Source: Candidatus Obscuribacteraceae bacterium (GTDB taxonomy: Bacteria; Cyanobacteriota; Vampirovibrionia; Obscuribacterales; Obscuribacteraceae). Taken from it: a stretch of DNA of 64,000 nt. Of the stretch, positions 29,079 to 40,400 are shown in pieces (position 1 is the stretch's first letter; every line of letters begins with the position of its first letter). Location: positions 288,001 through 352,000 of the forward strand of contig JBGAHS010000007.1 of the NCBI GenBank assembly GCA_044226015.1, in the 5' to 3' direction. Made by a program: the position numbers and the translations under genes. The notes under the pieces are model-generated. The model was not told the origin of the DNA, made no database searches, and was given only the letters and a program-made list of their open reading frames with translations.

Positions 29079-29642
29079 ATGAGCATGAATAGGATCAAGA
29101 AATTAGAGCATTTGAGCAAATTCCTTTCTTTTGTTCTGAGGCATGACCCCGCTTCAATAGACCTTTCTTTAGATGAGGCAGGCTGGGCTAACATAGAACA
29201 ACTTCTTAAATCTGCTGGAGCTCACGGCACGGAAATCTCAAGGGAAGACTTGTTTGAGATCGTGGAGACGAGCGATAAGCAGCGATTCTCTTTAAGCGCA
29301 GACAACTGTTCAATTCGTGCCAATCAAGGACATAGCATAAAAGTCTCGTTGGGTTATGAAGCTTGTTTGCCTCCACAATTCTTGTTGCATGGAACAGCGA
29401 AGAGATTTTGCGCCGCAATAATGAATGAGGGACTCAAAAAGATGGACCGCCATCATGTCCATTTGACTGAGTCGGTTCAAACTGCAAAAGCTGTTGGAAC
29501 GAGATATGGTGAATTGCGGTTATTGAGAGTGCGAAGCCGCGACATGTATGATCGAGGGTACAAGTTTTTCCTCAGCGATAACAATGTCTGGCTTACTGAC
29601 CATGTGCCTGCGGAATTTCTAGAGTATTTTGAGGGCGATTGA
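29079..29642 (+). CDS. kptA: RNA 2'-phosphotransferase (KptA/Tpt1)
   Basis: SKFLSFVLRH, KQRF, IRANQGHS, HGT, RHHVHL, NNVWLTDHVP. Confidence 0.95.
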   Translation: MSMNRIKKLEHLSKFLSFVLRHDPASIDLSLDEAGWANIEQLLKSAGAHGTEISREDLFEIVETSDKQRFSLSADNCSIRANQGHSIKVSLGYEACLPPQFLLHGTAKRFCAAIMNEGLKKMDRHHVHLTESVQTAKAVGTRYGELRLLRVRSRDMYDRGYKFFLSDNNVWLTDHVPAEFLEYFEGD

Positions 29643-29690
29643 GCCGATTTATTGCTTGCTGCAATACCTTGTGAGTGCTAGAGTAAGAAT

Positions 29691-29945
29691 ATGAGATTAA
29701 GAGAATTCCTTAATAAGAAAGTTCGCATACGCAACTGGTACCTTTCGCTTCTGAAGTGGTCCTGCTTCTTGTTTGGGATTATTTTTGGTTCTTTGTTTGG
29801 ATGGCTACTGGCTCCTTTTATGCTGCACATCTTAGTGGCGGCAATTGTTCTAAGCCTGGCTTTCATGTATGTATGGATTAGAGCACTCAAAAGAGCATGT
29901 GCAGAAGACAAAGTCGCTGAGATGAATGACTCCGACTTCTTTTAA
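29691..29945 (+). CDS. small membrane protein (2 TM)
   Basis: Two hydrophobic helices; follows kptA. Confidence 0.6.
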   Translation: MRLREFLNKKVRIRNWYLSLLKWSCFLFGIIFGSLFGWLLAPFMLHILVAAIVLSLAFMYVWIRALKRACAEDKVAEMNDSDFF

Positions 29946-29996
29946 TTGACCTTGCCACCACCCATAGTGTCTTGGCATGTCACAGGATTGTTGCTG

Positions 29997-30494
29997 TTAC
30001 CGTCTGTATTTTGGAACAAATTTGCGGGGATCAGGCGCTTCCGCTGGAGTGTTTCTGACCAGCCTCATCAGCTTTGTGACCTCTTGTGGATCCATCCAGC
30101 TTTCAGTCGTCATCAAGCTGTTCTTGATGTTTTCTTTTGAAAGGCGCAAGCTGTGTTCGTTTTCGGCGTGACTGAGTGCCGCCTCGATGAGAAGATTGAA
30201 TTTTGCATCAAGCTGCTGTAACTGTTCTGGGCTTGCTGCTTCCATGTCCAGGAGTAAATTGCGATTATCGCTAACTACTCTGATGAAGGTGGCTTTTTTC
30301 TCTTCTAATCCGAGAACACTTTGTTTGGTTTGAATAGTGAAAAACTTTGAGTCGAGATATTTGTTTTGATCGAACTTCCCAGATTTGAGAACCACATCAC
30401 TACCGTTCCAAAGGTAGCTAGCAGGTTTTCGGATGCTTCCAAGCACCCGATTCAATCCGCTGAAGCCTGGTGGACGTACCGAGAAGTCGGACAT
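29997..30494 (-). CDS. hypothetical protein
   Basis: 165-aa ORF with GAGG RBS. Confidence 0.7.
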   Translation of the reverse strand: MSDFSVRPPGFSGLNRVLGSIRKPASYLWNGSDVVLKSGKFDQNKYLDSKFFTIQTKQSVLGLEEKKATFIRVVSDNRNLLLDMEAASPEQLQQLDAKFNLLIEAALSHAENEHSLRLSKENIKNSLMTTESWMDPQEVTKLMRLVRNTPAEAPDPRKFVPKYRR

Positions 30495-30694
30495 AAGCCA
30501 ATCCTCAAAATTGCCAACTATCCGTTACTAACTATATATTGATGTACAACTAAGCACAAGCAAGCTCAAAACTTGCTAATGCTTGTGCATCAGGGAGTTT
30601 CAATTGGTCTCTTAGCTTTAGCTGCTTGTCCGTCAAAGAGTTTCGAGATTGTGCCGCTGCAGTCTCGACTCTGCTTTACAACAAATTTATGGAC

Positions 30695-31465
30695 CTACTT
30701 CTTCTCTTCGTCGGCCGACTTAACTTCCTCGACGTCGACGATCATAGGGAGGTTCGCATCAACCTGGGTTTTTGCCGGTGCTTCGCTTGCGGCGATTAGC
30801 CGAGGACCAGAGCTACCTGCCACATTAGCCTTCAATTTCAATAACTCGTCTTCTAGACCTGCTTGCTTATCCCATTCTTTGAAGTCTGTTTCTGTTTTAG
30901 ACATTCCTGACATTTCTCTGACAGCCTGGCTCATGGCTTCTTTCTCGGCAATCTTCTGTTCAAGCTTGTCCATGCTGGACATACCTGCGCTACCGCCAGT
31001 TCCAAGCAACTTGTTTGCTTCGGTGATGGTGTCACTGGCCTTCGCTCTTGCCAGTATCTCGCTCTTCTTTGACCTGAATTCTTGCAGCTTCTTTTGAATC
31101 TCAGCGAAGCGCTCTTTGGTCATTGCAATGGTGTTTCTTTGTTCAGTTAGCTGCGCTTCAAGCGAACTCAGCGTCTGGGCTAATTCCTGTTTCTTGCTCA
31201 GGCATTGGCGTGCAATCTCATCATTGTTTTGTTGAACTGCTTGCATTGCACGCTTTTCCCAGAGAGCAAGTTCTTCCTGGGCCTTTTGTACTTTCTTATC
31301 CAGCATTTTTTCATTAGCCATGCTGGTTGTTAGCGATTCGCTGATTTTTTTGAAATTCGATTCCAACTCCATTTCCGCTTGCTCTGCAAGAACTTCTGGC
31401 GTCTCCATCTTAGCCATGCCTTTGTTAAACATGGACTTGAAAATACTCATTAGGCGCTCGAACAT
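30695..31465 (-). CDS. pspA: PspA/IM30 (Vipp1) family protein
   Basis: MFERLMSIFKS amphipathic N-helix, ETPEVLAEQ, long coiled coil, EDELLKLK; RBS AGGAG. Confidence 0.92.
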   Translation of the reverse strand: MFERLMSIFKSMFNKGMAKMETPEVLAEQAEMELESNFKKISESLTTSMANEKMLDKKVQKAQEELALWEKRAMQAVQQNNDEIARQCLSKKQELAQTLSSLEAQLTEQRNTIAMTKERFAEIQKKLQEFRSKKSEILARAKASDTITEANKLLGTGGSAGMSSMDKLEQKIAEKEAMSQAVREMSGMSKTETDFKEWDKQAGLEDELLKLKANVAGSSGPRLIAASEAPAKTQVDANLPMIVDVEEVKSADEEKK

Positions 31466-31529
31466 CTGCAATCTCCTGGCAAGGGAATCGGTCGACAACT
31501 GTCTCTATAATAATAGCAATTTCACACAG

Positions 31530-31567
31530 AAACAAATAGGAGCAGGGCGCTTGGCCTACTGCTCCTA
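31530..31567 (-). terminator. intrinsic terminator of the M4 peptidase gene
   Basis: TAGGAGCAG...CTGCTCCTA stem followed by TTTGTTT on the minus strand. Confidence 0.7.
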
Positions 31568-31591
31568 GAAAATAGCTGTGACCGGAATCAA

Positions 31592-32830
31592 CTATGCTGC
31601 CGGCTTTTTCGGTTTTACCTCTTGTTTATCGGTTTCAGTTTGGGGCACTGGATGTGTTGTTCTTGGCTTGAACGGTGTTGAGCTATCAGTTCCGTTTAGA
31701 GCTGGTTTTACTCCAACTGTATCCCAGGCTTTTTCTAGCTTCGCGACTACATCTGCTCCATAGCCCAGTTTCTTTGCCTGGTCAATGGTGTGGTAGGCAA
31801 AAGAGGCAAAGCTTGGCTCATTGCCACAAACCTTTCTAGCCGCATACCAGATTTTTGCTGGTGTTTCCCAAGCGTTGCCTTCAACATCAATTGCAAATGT
31901 TGCGAACGCTCTGTTCGGAATTCCAGAGTTATAGTGCACACCACCATTGTCACCGCTCATGACCTTGTAGCTATTCATGTGGTCAGGTTGTGGATCCTTT
32001 CCAACTTTAGGGTCATCATATGCGGTGCCTGGATGCAACATGTCGCGCAACCCCCTTCCTTTGACGGTGTCTTTCCAGATGCCATCACCAACGACCCAGT
32101 CCGCGTCTTTGGCTGCGGTCTTGTTTGCTCGCTGCTGAATCAATTCTCCGAAAATGTCTGAAAAGCTTTCATTTAGTGCGCCCGATTGTCCGTAGTATCT
32201 CAACCCGGCTTCTTTTTCAGTGACACCATGGGTGATTTCATGACCACATATATCCAAGAGGACAAAAGTCTTGAAGGGGCTGTCTGGGCCCGGCTTACCA
32301 TAAGTCATTTGTTTGCCATTCCAAAAGGCATTCTCATAGTTTGAACCATAGTTCACTGTGGAGATAAATTTCATGCCTTTATCGTCGATCGAATTGCGAT
32401 TAAACACGTCTTTGTAAAAGCTGCGGACTTGTCCCGTGAAATCGTAAGCTTCATCTACTTCAACATTTCCAGTTGCCTTGTCTCCTTCAAACCTGGCTTT
32501 TGTTCCTGGGCTAGAAGTTTTGCCTTTAGCGTCATAAACTTCACGTTCGCCGTTCGTTGGTTTGGGTGAGGGGAACGGCCACCACCAGACTTGATTGTCG
32601 ATGTGTCGCAGTGTACTGATGTGATCATTGACTCCGGGGTTGCGCTTGGCTAACTCTTGAAGCATGTACGGAGGAACGACTCCCTTGGCGGTCTCATCAT
32701 CGTCAACTTTTATGGAGGCAGCAACATTCTGTTGGCGTTTTGAAATCAGTTCATCCAACAATCTGTTAGTAGCTTGTGGTTCTTGTCCAGCTGCTTCGTT
32801 TCCCTTTTGGCTATTCTTTAAGTCGTCCAT
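31592..32830 (-). CDS. M4 family metallopeptidase, protealysin-like
   Basis: VPPYML propeptide motif; NAFWNG; HEITH; GALNESFSD; DNGGVHYNSG; no signal peptide. Confidence 0.93.
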   Translation of the reverse strand: MDDLKNSQKGNEAAGQEPQATNRLLDELISKRQQNVAASIKVDDDETAKGVVPPYMLQELAKRNPGVNDHISTLRHIDNQVWWWPFPSPKPTNGEREVYDAKGKTSSPGTKARFEGDKATGNVEVDEAYDFTGQVRSFYKDVFNRNSIDDKGMKFISTVNYGSNYENAFWNGKQMTYGKPGPDSPFKTFVLLDICGHEITHGVTEKEAGLRYYGQSGALNESFSDIFGELIQQRANKTAAKDADWVVGDGIWKDTVKGRGLRDMLHPGTAYDDPKVGKDPQPDHMNSYKVMSGDNGGVHYNSGIPNRAFATFAIDVEGNAWETPAKIWYAARKVCGNEPSFASFAYHTIDQAKKLGYGADVVAKLEKAWDTVGVKPALNGTDSSTPFKPRTTHPVPQTETDKQEVKPKKPAA

Positions 32831-33074
32831 GGATGTTCTCACCTCTTTCCAAACAGTTATCCCCAGCTTTGAGCCCCGTCTGAAATTTAAGTCGGCGTAC
32901 TTTTATCTACAATCGTAAGTTCCCCCCTAATGAGGTTCTTCGAGCTAAGCTCTATGTAATGTGTCCACAATTTCTACGCGTCAAAAACTCTTCAAAGCCA
33001 TTATTCGTAAGCTTTATGCTCTACTGGATTTTCCTAAAACTGCAAGATAATATGAGACTTAACTTGTGCCAATA

Positions 33075-34988
33075 TCAATGATGCTGAGACTCTTCGACTT
33101 TGTTTGCCTCTCGAGTCGCATTGAGTACTGGCCGGACCATATCTTTCCATTTCTCTTTCTTCAATCTTTCGTCCATCGCTTTGAGCATAAGTTCATTCAT
33201 TTCGGTAGTGGTAATACCCAATGAATTACGTGTCGCCAATCCAGAAAATGTACCGGGTGAATCTATTGGCTGCTCTAGAAGTTTGAGTATTTGGCGGATG
33301 CTTTCGTTCATCTCTTTGTCGTCGTATAGAATCTCTGATTGCTCAATCATCTCAACAAGAAAATTGACTCTGTCTCTCTCATCGCTAATGTTTGACATTG
33401 CGAATTTCTGCGCGGCTCTCAATTGAGATCTGGCTTCATCAGTATCTCCCTCGGACATTGAAAAGACCATGCTAATTTGCTGAATTCGTAGTTTGGAGTT
33501 AGGGGTTAGGTCGCTTTGAGGATATTTGTTGATCTCTGTCATTACCTCTAAGAGGAGTTTCTTATCGTGAAGTTGCCTTGCATTACTCGCAACTGAAAAC
33601 ATCAAGCTATTGGCTGGATAGTTGTAATCACCGTATGCCGCCGATATTTTCGCGGTGTTAAGTTCAATAGGTAGGAAGTTCTTATCGCTGCTTTGCAGAT
33701 GTGAAAGGTTTCGGTCTAGAGACGGAACTATCGAAATCTTTTTTGGATTTTGCAAAGCAATAGCAATTGGTGTCAGCACCTCTAGTATTCTTCTATATTT
33801 GGTACTTTCTTCTAAACTGAATATGCTCTTTTGGCGTGAACCAGCCGTTTCAAGGGACAGACGCAAGTATTTATCCGCAGCAATGGCTTCGTTCTCATTC
33901 AAGGCTTTTTGTGCTAAGTACGCGATTTGCAATGCCTTGTCCAATTTGTTTTCAATGATGATTGCTGACGCTCTGCGCTCCTTTCGTTTAGCTGATTCAT
34001 TGGCGAAAAGAAAAACAAATGCTAGCAGCGCAGCCATCACACTAGCGATTGCAACAACATTTCTTTTTTGCGTGTCCTTTTTGCGTTTGCTTGGAATTTT
34101 ATCGAGAGTAATTTCGTCGAGTACAGCCGCCAGCTTTGTTGCAAACTCTCGAGCTGATATCGGGCGAGCCTCAGGATCAATATCGAGAGCCATCAGAATG
34201 CTGGCTGCTAGGCGCTTTGGAATGTGGTGCTCCTTACTCAATTCGTCGGCTTTTGGTCGAGCCGCCGTACAATGTTTGTTGATGGTTTCGAAAGCGCTGT
34301 CTCCCTCAAAAGGAATGCGACCGCAGAGACTTTCGAACATGATGCAGGCGATAGAGTAGATGTCTGATCTCGGGTCAATCTCTTTATGCATGCCCTGCTC
34401 AGGGCTCATGTAATTGGGAGTTCCAATGATTACTCCTGTTTGAGTGAGCTTGGTATTTTCAGCTTGTTCAGACTCAAGATATTTTGCAAGTCCAAAGTCT
34501 GATAGTTTTGCAAGAGCCAAACTGTCAGCTTCTTTAGGCAATAAGATATTGCTTGGCTTGATATCTCGATGTACCACTCCCATTTCGTGTGCATATTGAA
34601 GCGCATCGAGCAAAGGAAGAAACAAATCTCTAAACTCTTTGAACTGGAGTATCTGTTTTTTCTTAAGAAGGCTGCTCAGGTTTTCGCCTTCGACATATTC
34701 CATCACTATGAACGGCACGCCTTCGCTATTTGTGTTGGATGAGTAGGTCTCTACAATGTTCGTGTGTTTCAATTGAAGCGATATTCTTGCTTCTTGATTG
34801 AATCTTTCAATCTTCTGTGGAGTTGAGACATTTGTTTTCAGGCACTTTACTGCTACCGTGCGGTCTAGTTGCAGCTGTCTTGCCCTGTATACGGTTGACA
34901 CTCCGCCTTCGCCAATGAGTTCCATAACTTCGATGTTCTCAAGCCGAGGGGCTCGTTTAAGTTCTTTACTCTCATTCGAACCGTGCAT
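33075..34988 (-). CDS. Hanks-type Ser/Thr protein kinase with TM and helical (TPR-like) C-terminus
   Basis: IGEGG, VAVK, HRDIKPSN, DFG, GTPNYMSPEQ, DIYS. Confidence 0.95.
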   Translation of the reverse strand: MHGSNESKELKRAPRLENIEVMELIGEGGVSTVYRARQLQLDRTVAVKCLKTNVSTPQKIERFNQEARISLQLKHTNIVETYSSNTNSEGVPFIVMEYVEGENLSSLLKKKQILQFKEFRDLFLPLLDALQYAHEMGVVHRDIKPSNILLPKEADSLALAKLSDFGLAKYLESEQAENTKLTQTGVIIGTPNYMSPEQGMHKEIDPRSDIYSIACIMFESLCGRIPFEGDSAFETINKHCTAARPKADELSKEHHIPKRLAASILMALDIDPEARPISAREFATKLAAVLDEITLDKIPSKRKKDTQKRNVVAIASVMAALLAFVFLFANESAKRKERRASAIIIENKLDKALQIAYLAQKALNENEAIAADKYLRLSLETAGSRQKSIFSLEESTKYRRILEVLTPIAIALQNPKKISIVPSLDRNLSHLQSSDKNFLPIELNTAKISAAYGDYNYPANSLMFSVASNARQLHDKKLLLEVMTEINKYPQSDLTPNSKLRIQQISMVFSMSEGDTDEARSQLRAAQKFAMSNISDERDRVNFLVEMIEQSEILYDDKEMNESIRQILKLLEQPIDSPGTFSGLATRNSLGITTTEMNELMLKAMDERLKKEKWKDMVRPVLNATREANKVEESQHH

Positions 34989-35182
34989 TGAAAGACTCTT
35001 CTTGGAATGTCTTGTCTATTATTCCCCGCTTGCACGAACTTACGTGCCCTTAACAAATCGAATGGGAACAGTCTCGGACCCCTGTCGTCAAAATTTTCTG
35101 TGAGCCTGCAAATTGAATAAAGCATCTTCCTGGCAGCAAGCGGTGCTACTGCTGTCGTCTCTTTCGTTATTGAGGTTGAACC

Positions 35183-36433
35183 ATGATTTCTTTCAAGCAT
35201 ATTCCGGGCATCAAGAAGTCCCTAACGTATTTACTCGCCGCAAGTCAGCTCTCATTGCTTGCCCTGGCACCCGTGAGTGCTTCTGATAATCTGGTTCGCA
35301 TCGCCGGAAACGGCATTTTTTCGGTCAAGGGTGAAAATGCATCTGATAGAGCTTCAAAAATTCAACGAAATATCGACAATTCTCTGGTGGCGTCATCAAA
35401 CCACGGGCCAGCAGCTGTGAAAATCACATACGTGAAAGGGCAACCCGTTATTACCCTGGGAGGTTACTATGTTGCTACTGTGGACAATGCAGCAGCTAAG
35501 TCTGCTGCTACCACCCCTGCTATTCTTGCTCAAAAATGGGCTTCGTCGATGAAGTCTGCTTTAGCCAATAAAAATAGTGTTGATGCCTACATCTCTCAGT
35601 TAACTGGTCATTCGGGAGGTCCATCTTCTGCTTCGATCGCTAGTTCCAGTTCCAACAGTTCTTCAAAACCGAAGTCATCGTCCTCATCCTCATCCTCTTC
35701 CTCTTCCTCTTACGGCACTATATCTGATACCGCAATGGATTCAACTAGTGGTGCTGGAACCGGCTGGCAGTCCATGCCAATTGTCGGAAAAGGAAATCCC
35801 GTTTCGAAGCCGCCAGCGTATAGTGTGCAAGCTCCTATTTCAGGTCATCTTACATACATTCCTGCTGGAATGATGATTCCTGTAAAGCTTCAAACTTCAA
35901 TAAGCAGCTCTGTAGCAAAGGCTGGCGATGTGGTTTTGGCGAAGACGACCGAGGACATGAATCTTGGCGACAGCATAGTTCCTGCCAACACAACTCTAAT
36001 TGGTCACATAACAGATGCGGCTGATGGGGCGTGGATGGGTAAATCGGGAAGCATCACGATCAAATTCACAAGTATTCGAGCAGCTAATGGGGTTGAAACC
36101 CCGATCATGGCGCACATTAGTGGAAGTGTTGGAAAATATGAAGATAGAGGAAATAGCACTTTTAGAGGTGAGAACAGCAGTTCAAAAATCAAAAAGGCTG
36201 CAATTGCCACCGGTGTTGGTGCGGGGCTGGGAACTGTAACTGGTATCGCCATTGGTGCAATTGCCGGAGGAGGTCACGGTGTTGGTCGTGGTGCCCTCAC
36301 CGGTGCGGCCATCGGCAGTGGCCTTGGTCTTGCGCAAGCTTTGCTCTTGCGCAAAGGTAGTGAGGTTAATCTGACACAGGGGCAGACTTTCAACCTGCAA
36401 CTCGACGCTCCTGTCACAGTCGCAATGAACTGA
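35183..36433 (+). CDS. secreted protein with a poly-Ser linker and C-terminal beta domain plus glycine zipper
   Basis: Signal peptide; Ser run; IPAGMMIPVKL; GAGLG..GIAIGAIAGG..GAAIG. Confidence 0.8.
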   Translation: MISFKHIPGIKKSLTYLLAASQLSLLALAPVSASDNLVRIAGNGIFSVKGENASDRASKIQRNIDNSLVASSNHGPAAVKITYVKGQPVITLGGYYVATVDNAAAKSAATTPAILAQKWASSMKSALANKNSVDAYISQLTGHSGGPSSASIASSSSNSSSKPKSSSSSSSSSSSSYGTISDTAMDSTSGAGTGWQSMPIVGKGNPVSKPPAYSVQAPISGHLTYIPAGMMIPVKLQTSISSSVAKAGDVVLAKTTEDMNLGDSIVPANTTLIGHITDAADGAWMGKSGSITIKFTSIRAANGVETPIMAHISGSVGKYEDRGNSTFRGENSSSKIKKAAIATGVGAGLGTVTGIAIGAIAGGGHGVGRGALTGAAIGSGLGLAQALLLRKGSEVNLTQGQTFNLQLDAPVTVAMN

Positions 36434-36463
36434 TACCGCTATACAGTTATTTTGTGCACTGCG

Positions 36464-36505
36464 CTGCGCTCATGGTCAGACTTCGCCATGAGCGCAGGTT
36501 TTTTC
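36464..36505 (+). terminator. intrinsic terminator
   Basis: CTGCGCTCATGG-N10-CCATGAGCGCAG followed by GTTTTTT. Confidence 0.85.
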
Positions 36506-36631
36506 TCGAAAAATGTTGCCAAGTTCGTAATAACCGCAAGAATTGCAGCCTAATTACCACTTTCGCCCATTGACTCTGGCTGCTTCAATCCATACGATCG
36601 TGCTGGAGAGTGTCAGTAGGCGTAGAGAGAG

Positions 36632-37234
36632 TTGAATTTGCGATTAGGACCTTTTATCTTGTTTGTCGGGCTGTCTTTATTCGTTCAGCCAGTCAGCGTT
36701 TTTGCTCAAGAATATTCCTCGGATGATTCGGAGCCGCGCTACACCGCAGAAGATCCAGATAATTCTTCTCAGATCGATATAACCCACGGTATGGCTGAAC
36801 AAAATGGGCTTTACGCTATCAGGCAGGGGCGACCGTTACAGGGTCAAGCTCAAGTTCAAAATCAACAGAGCTTTATGCAAAACAATTCTGGCATGTATGG
36901 AGAGCCGCAGATTGGCATGCAGTCAAACAACATGGGTTGCAACGGGTTCAATCAGATGAATCAGATTGACCCGAACAATCAAATGAATCAAAACCATAAT
37001 TGCATGAACTCTGGAATGGGTAATCCACCTGCAAACCAAGGATTATCTGGACTTTTAGGAGGCGCTATAACACCTGGCTTGACCAAGCAGGTTGCTGGCG
37101 CTGTTGGTGCAGCCTTGATGTTCAATTACATGACGCAGGGGGGCGCTCAATCGCTTGTTAATTCTATGTCTGCAAAAGGATGGAGAGGCGGTCGCCGTAC
37201 TCTGGGTTCAGGTGGTGTCGTCTACACACATTAA
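36632..37234 (+). CDS. secreted Asn/Gln/Met-rich hypothetical protein
   Basis: TTG start, signal peptide ending VFA-Q, N/Q/M/G low-complexity core. Confidence 0.7.
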   Translation: MNLRLGPFILFVGLSLFVQPVSVFAQEYSSDDSEPRYTAEDPDNSSQIDITHGMAEQNGLYAIRQGRPLQGQAQVQNQQSFMQNNSGMYGEPQIGMQSNNMGCNGFNQMNQIDPNNQMNQNHNCMNSGMGNPPANQGLSGLLGGAITPGLTKQVAGAVGAALMFNYMTQGGAQSLVNSMSAKGWRGGRRTLGSGGVVYTH

Positions 37235-37450
37235 GTGCTGCGAACTATTGAAGTGCAGTCATCCAAACTGAGTACTCTTCATCTGTGACGATTTTGTGTT
37301 TCGGAGCCTGAGTTTTGGCTCCGTCACTTTTGTCTTTTGAGTTTTTCATTTACCCTTATTCAGCGCTCTGCCTTAGTCCAGATTACCATGTCTGGAAATT
37401 AGGATTAAGGCATTTAATGCGCTACTGGTTTGAAAGGTTCGTGGTGCTCC

Positions 37451-40400
37451 TTATTTGTACCGTGCTGGATAGGGGATGCTGTAGAAGTTCTGTTGTGGAG
37501 CATTCTTTCTCCACAACTCTTCCCAGCTTGAGCTGTTCTTTTGATCTCTTTGCTTTTCTCTAGCCAACTGTGCGTTGGTGCGAGGATGCAGGTAGCGTTC
37601 CATGCCTACTAGCAAACCAAGCTGAACCTTACCGACCTCATAAGGGTCTAAGGCTTTCTGCTGGTCACCAGCTTTTGTGGTTAGAAGTTCGTTTAGAATC
37701 ATATTTCCTTGACGTACAACATTTTGTACACCGCTTCCTTGCTCGCGAAGTGGTTTGGCATGTATTCCGGCCACTTCTCCCTTGCCAGAGTTAACCAGTG
37801 CCCCTAATTTGTGGCTCTGTGAACTTACTAGCGTCAGTGTGCCGGTCGACATCGGACCATTGTAATCATCCATGTGGTTTGAAATGATTACATCTGCCTT
37901 TGTATCTTTCAATGCGTGAGCCAGTCCGACCATGCCCTGTGCTGAGGGGTTGGTTCGGTAGAGTTCATCTTGATTTACGTGTATTGGAACGCCTCCAGCG
38001 TACTCCACCATCGACGCCAGAATTGCACTACTTTGTTTGTTGAAGTCGTACTCTCGCATACCATTTTTGTTTTGCTCAGTCTTAGACCAGTCTGGTGCGG
38101 AGAAACCAGGAGTTCTTGAGCCATGGAATGGGTCATGCCCTCCGTTTATTGCAATTCGCTTGCCTTCCAGTGCACCACGTCCGGTGCCTCCACTAGCCAA
38201 GTCAGGGTTTGCTGCCATCACGGCTGCTGCCGCTGCTTTTGAAGCAAATCTATGTTGCAAAAGCTGTTGCGCCATAGGGTGGCTTGCATCATCGATGATT
38301 CTCTGTTGTAGATTTGCTTTTTCATCGGACAGTCGAGTATGCAATTGGGCGCGCTCTAGGGCTCTAGCCTCTTGCATCTTGTAATAACGTTCGGCTGTTT
38401 TCACATTCTCCGTGAGCTTTTCTGTTTGTGTGCCAAATGGATTGTAGGAGAAATCATTTATTGCATCTGAGTTCAGTTTATAGGCATTGCGATTATATCT
38501 AGCAAGATTTAAGTCTCGTGAAATGTCTGCAGGAAGTCCTTTCAATAGTCTCTCCGGAATATCTGTTGCTGGGGTGCCTTTGCGAAGTAGGGATTCAATG
38601 CGTTGCAATTGCTGCTTCTCTTGCTCGATACTCTTCTTTTCAGCTGTGGCGTCCTTCAGTGTTTTATCAATTATTGCCTGCGCATCTGATGAACGAGTTC
38701 CATCAGCTGAAGGCTTTACGCGTTGAGCGAGATCGAAGTACTTAGCTGCATCCTGAGTCAGATTCTGTTTGATTTTTCCAAGTTCAGCTTCGCTTCGCTC
38801 GGTTCTTCGATAACCGAAGTTGTCGTCAGGTTTAGGTATGTATGCTTTGTCTTTGATCTCTCGACCTTCACGAACTTCATTTGCTCTCTCAAGAACATCT
38901 TTTTGTGAGGCGATTGACTTTATTTTGTCCTCTACCTCTTGTTTGAACGAGGGCAAATCTTTTGATTTCGTTTTGTCATTGAGTGCAATTGCGTCGAGCC
39001 TAAAGTTGCCTTTGTTTGGCTCTATTCCAAGTGCAGCAGCTGCTGCTGGGTTAAGACCAATGTCCTCTTTTGTGATCTTACCGTTTGGTAGTTGACCTGC
39101 AACAAATGGAACGCCTTTTATGTTTCCGTCGTTGTCTCGTCCTACCAGAACGCCCATTGTACCCGGTGTCATACCTGGCACTACTGCGACTGGCGTGTCT
39201 TTTGCAAGACCTGCAGGTGCTTTCACTTCAGTGTTATTTAGAACTCTGGCGCCGTTGATATAACGAGCACCATATTTTTTTGCATCTTCTGCTAAGCGAA
39301 TGATGTTTACGTTCTGGTCTAGTGAACCTGGTTGAAGCTTAGGCATCTCCTGGTCTTCATCCGGGTTCGATTGTGGCTCGGGTAGCTCTTTCTTCTGCTC
39401 CTGGTTTGGAGCTTCGGGAGTTGGATCTTTCTTCTGCTCCTGGTTTGGGGCTTCTGGAGTTGGGTCTTTCTTCTGCTCCTGGTTTGGAGCTTCGGGCGTT
39501 GGATCTTTCTTCTGCTCCTGGTTTGGGGCTTCGGGAGTTGGGTCTTTCTTCTGCTCCTGGTTTGGAGCTTCGGGAGTTGGGTCTTTCTTCTGCTCCTGGT
39601 TTGGAGCTTCTGGAGTTGGGTCTTTCTTCTGCTCCTGGTTTGGAGCTTCGGGAGCTGGGTCTTTCTTCTGCTCCTGGTTTGGAGCTTCTGGAGCTGGGTC
39701 TTTCTTCTGCTCCTGGTTTTGGGCTTCGCCTTTTGGAGGCACTTTTTCTCCGGTGAATGCGTACGGATCATCTCCGGGCTTGAATCCGTCAACCGGTGCC
39801 GGTTTTACATCTGGACTTGCTTCTCTAGGCGCATCTTTAGGTCTATTGTTTTGAGAGTTATCGATAGGTTTAGTGTCAACTTTCGGTTCGGGCTGGCGGG
39901 GTTCTGGTGTTATTGCGGCTTTGAATTTAGTGTTAAATTCCTCTTTGAGCTTCTCAGTCTGAGCTTTGCTTAAATGGCTTCCAAACCGGCGATTGCCAAT
40001 ATTATCAACGAATGTTTTTAGCTCCTTCTCGTTTCTTGGAGCCAAAATATCGTCTTTGCTAAGCGTATTTATTGGGCGACCTTGTTCCTTGCGTAGAGCG
40101 CGGGCTCCAGCTACTAGCCCTCTTATCTCATTATGATTGAGCTCTCTTCCCATAAGTTCTGAACTCATATTTGACAGAGTTTGGTAGTACCCATCTCCTT
40201 TTTCGGGGCGAGAATTCTCCAATAGTTTCTCTGACATTTTGAAAGTTCCGTCAGATGGTTTTTCAGGTTGAACAGGCTGAGCAGGTTGTTCCTTCTGCTC
40301 AGGTTGAGCTGGCTGATCTTTCTTCTCAGGCTGAGCAGGTTGTTCCTTCTGCTCAGGTTGAGCAGGCTGATCTTTCTTCTCAGGCTGAGCAGGTTGTTCC

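Noticed and set aside
29079..29642. Functional link between kptA (NAD-consuming) and the NrtR-like operon
   Set aside because: 20 kb apart with unrelated genes between, and no matching operator noticed upstream of kptA
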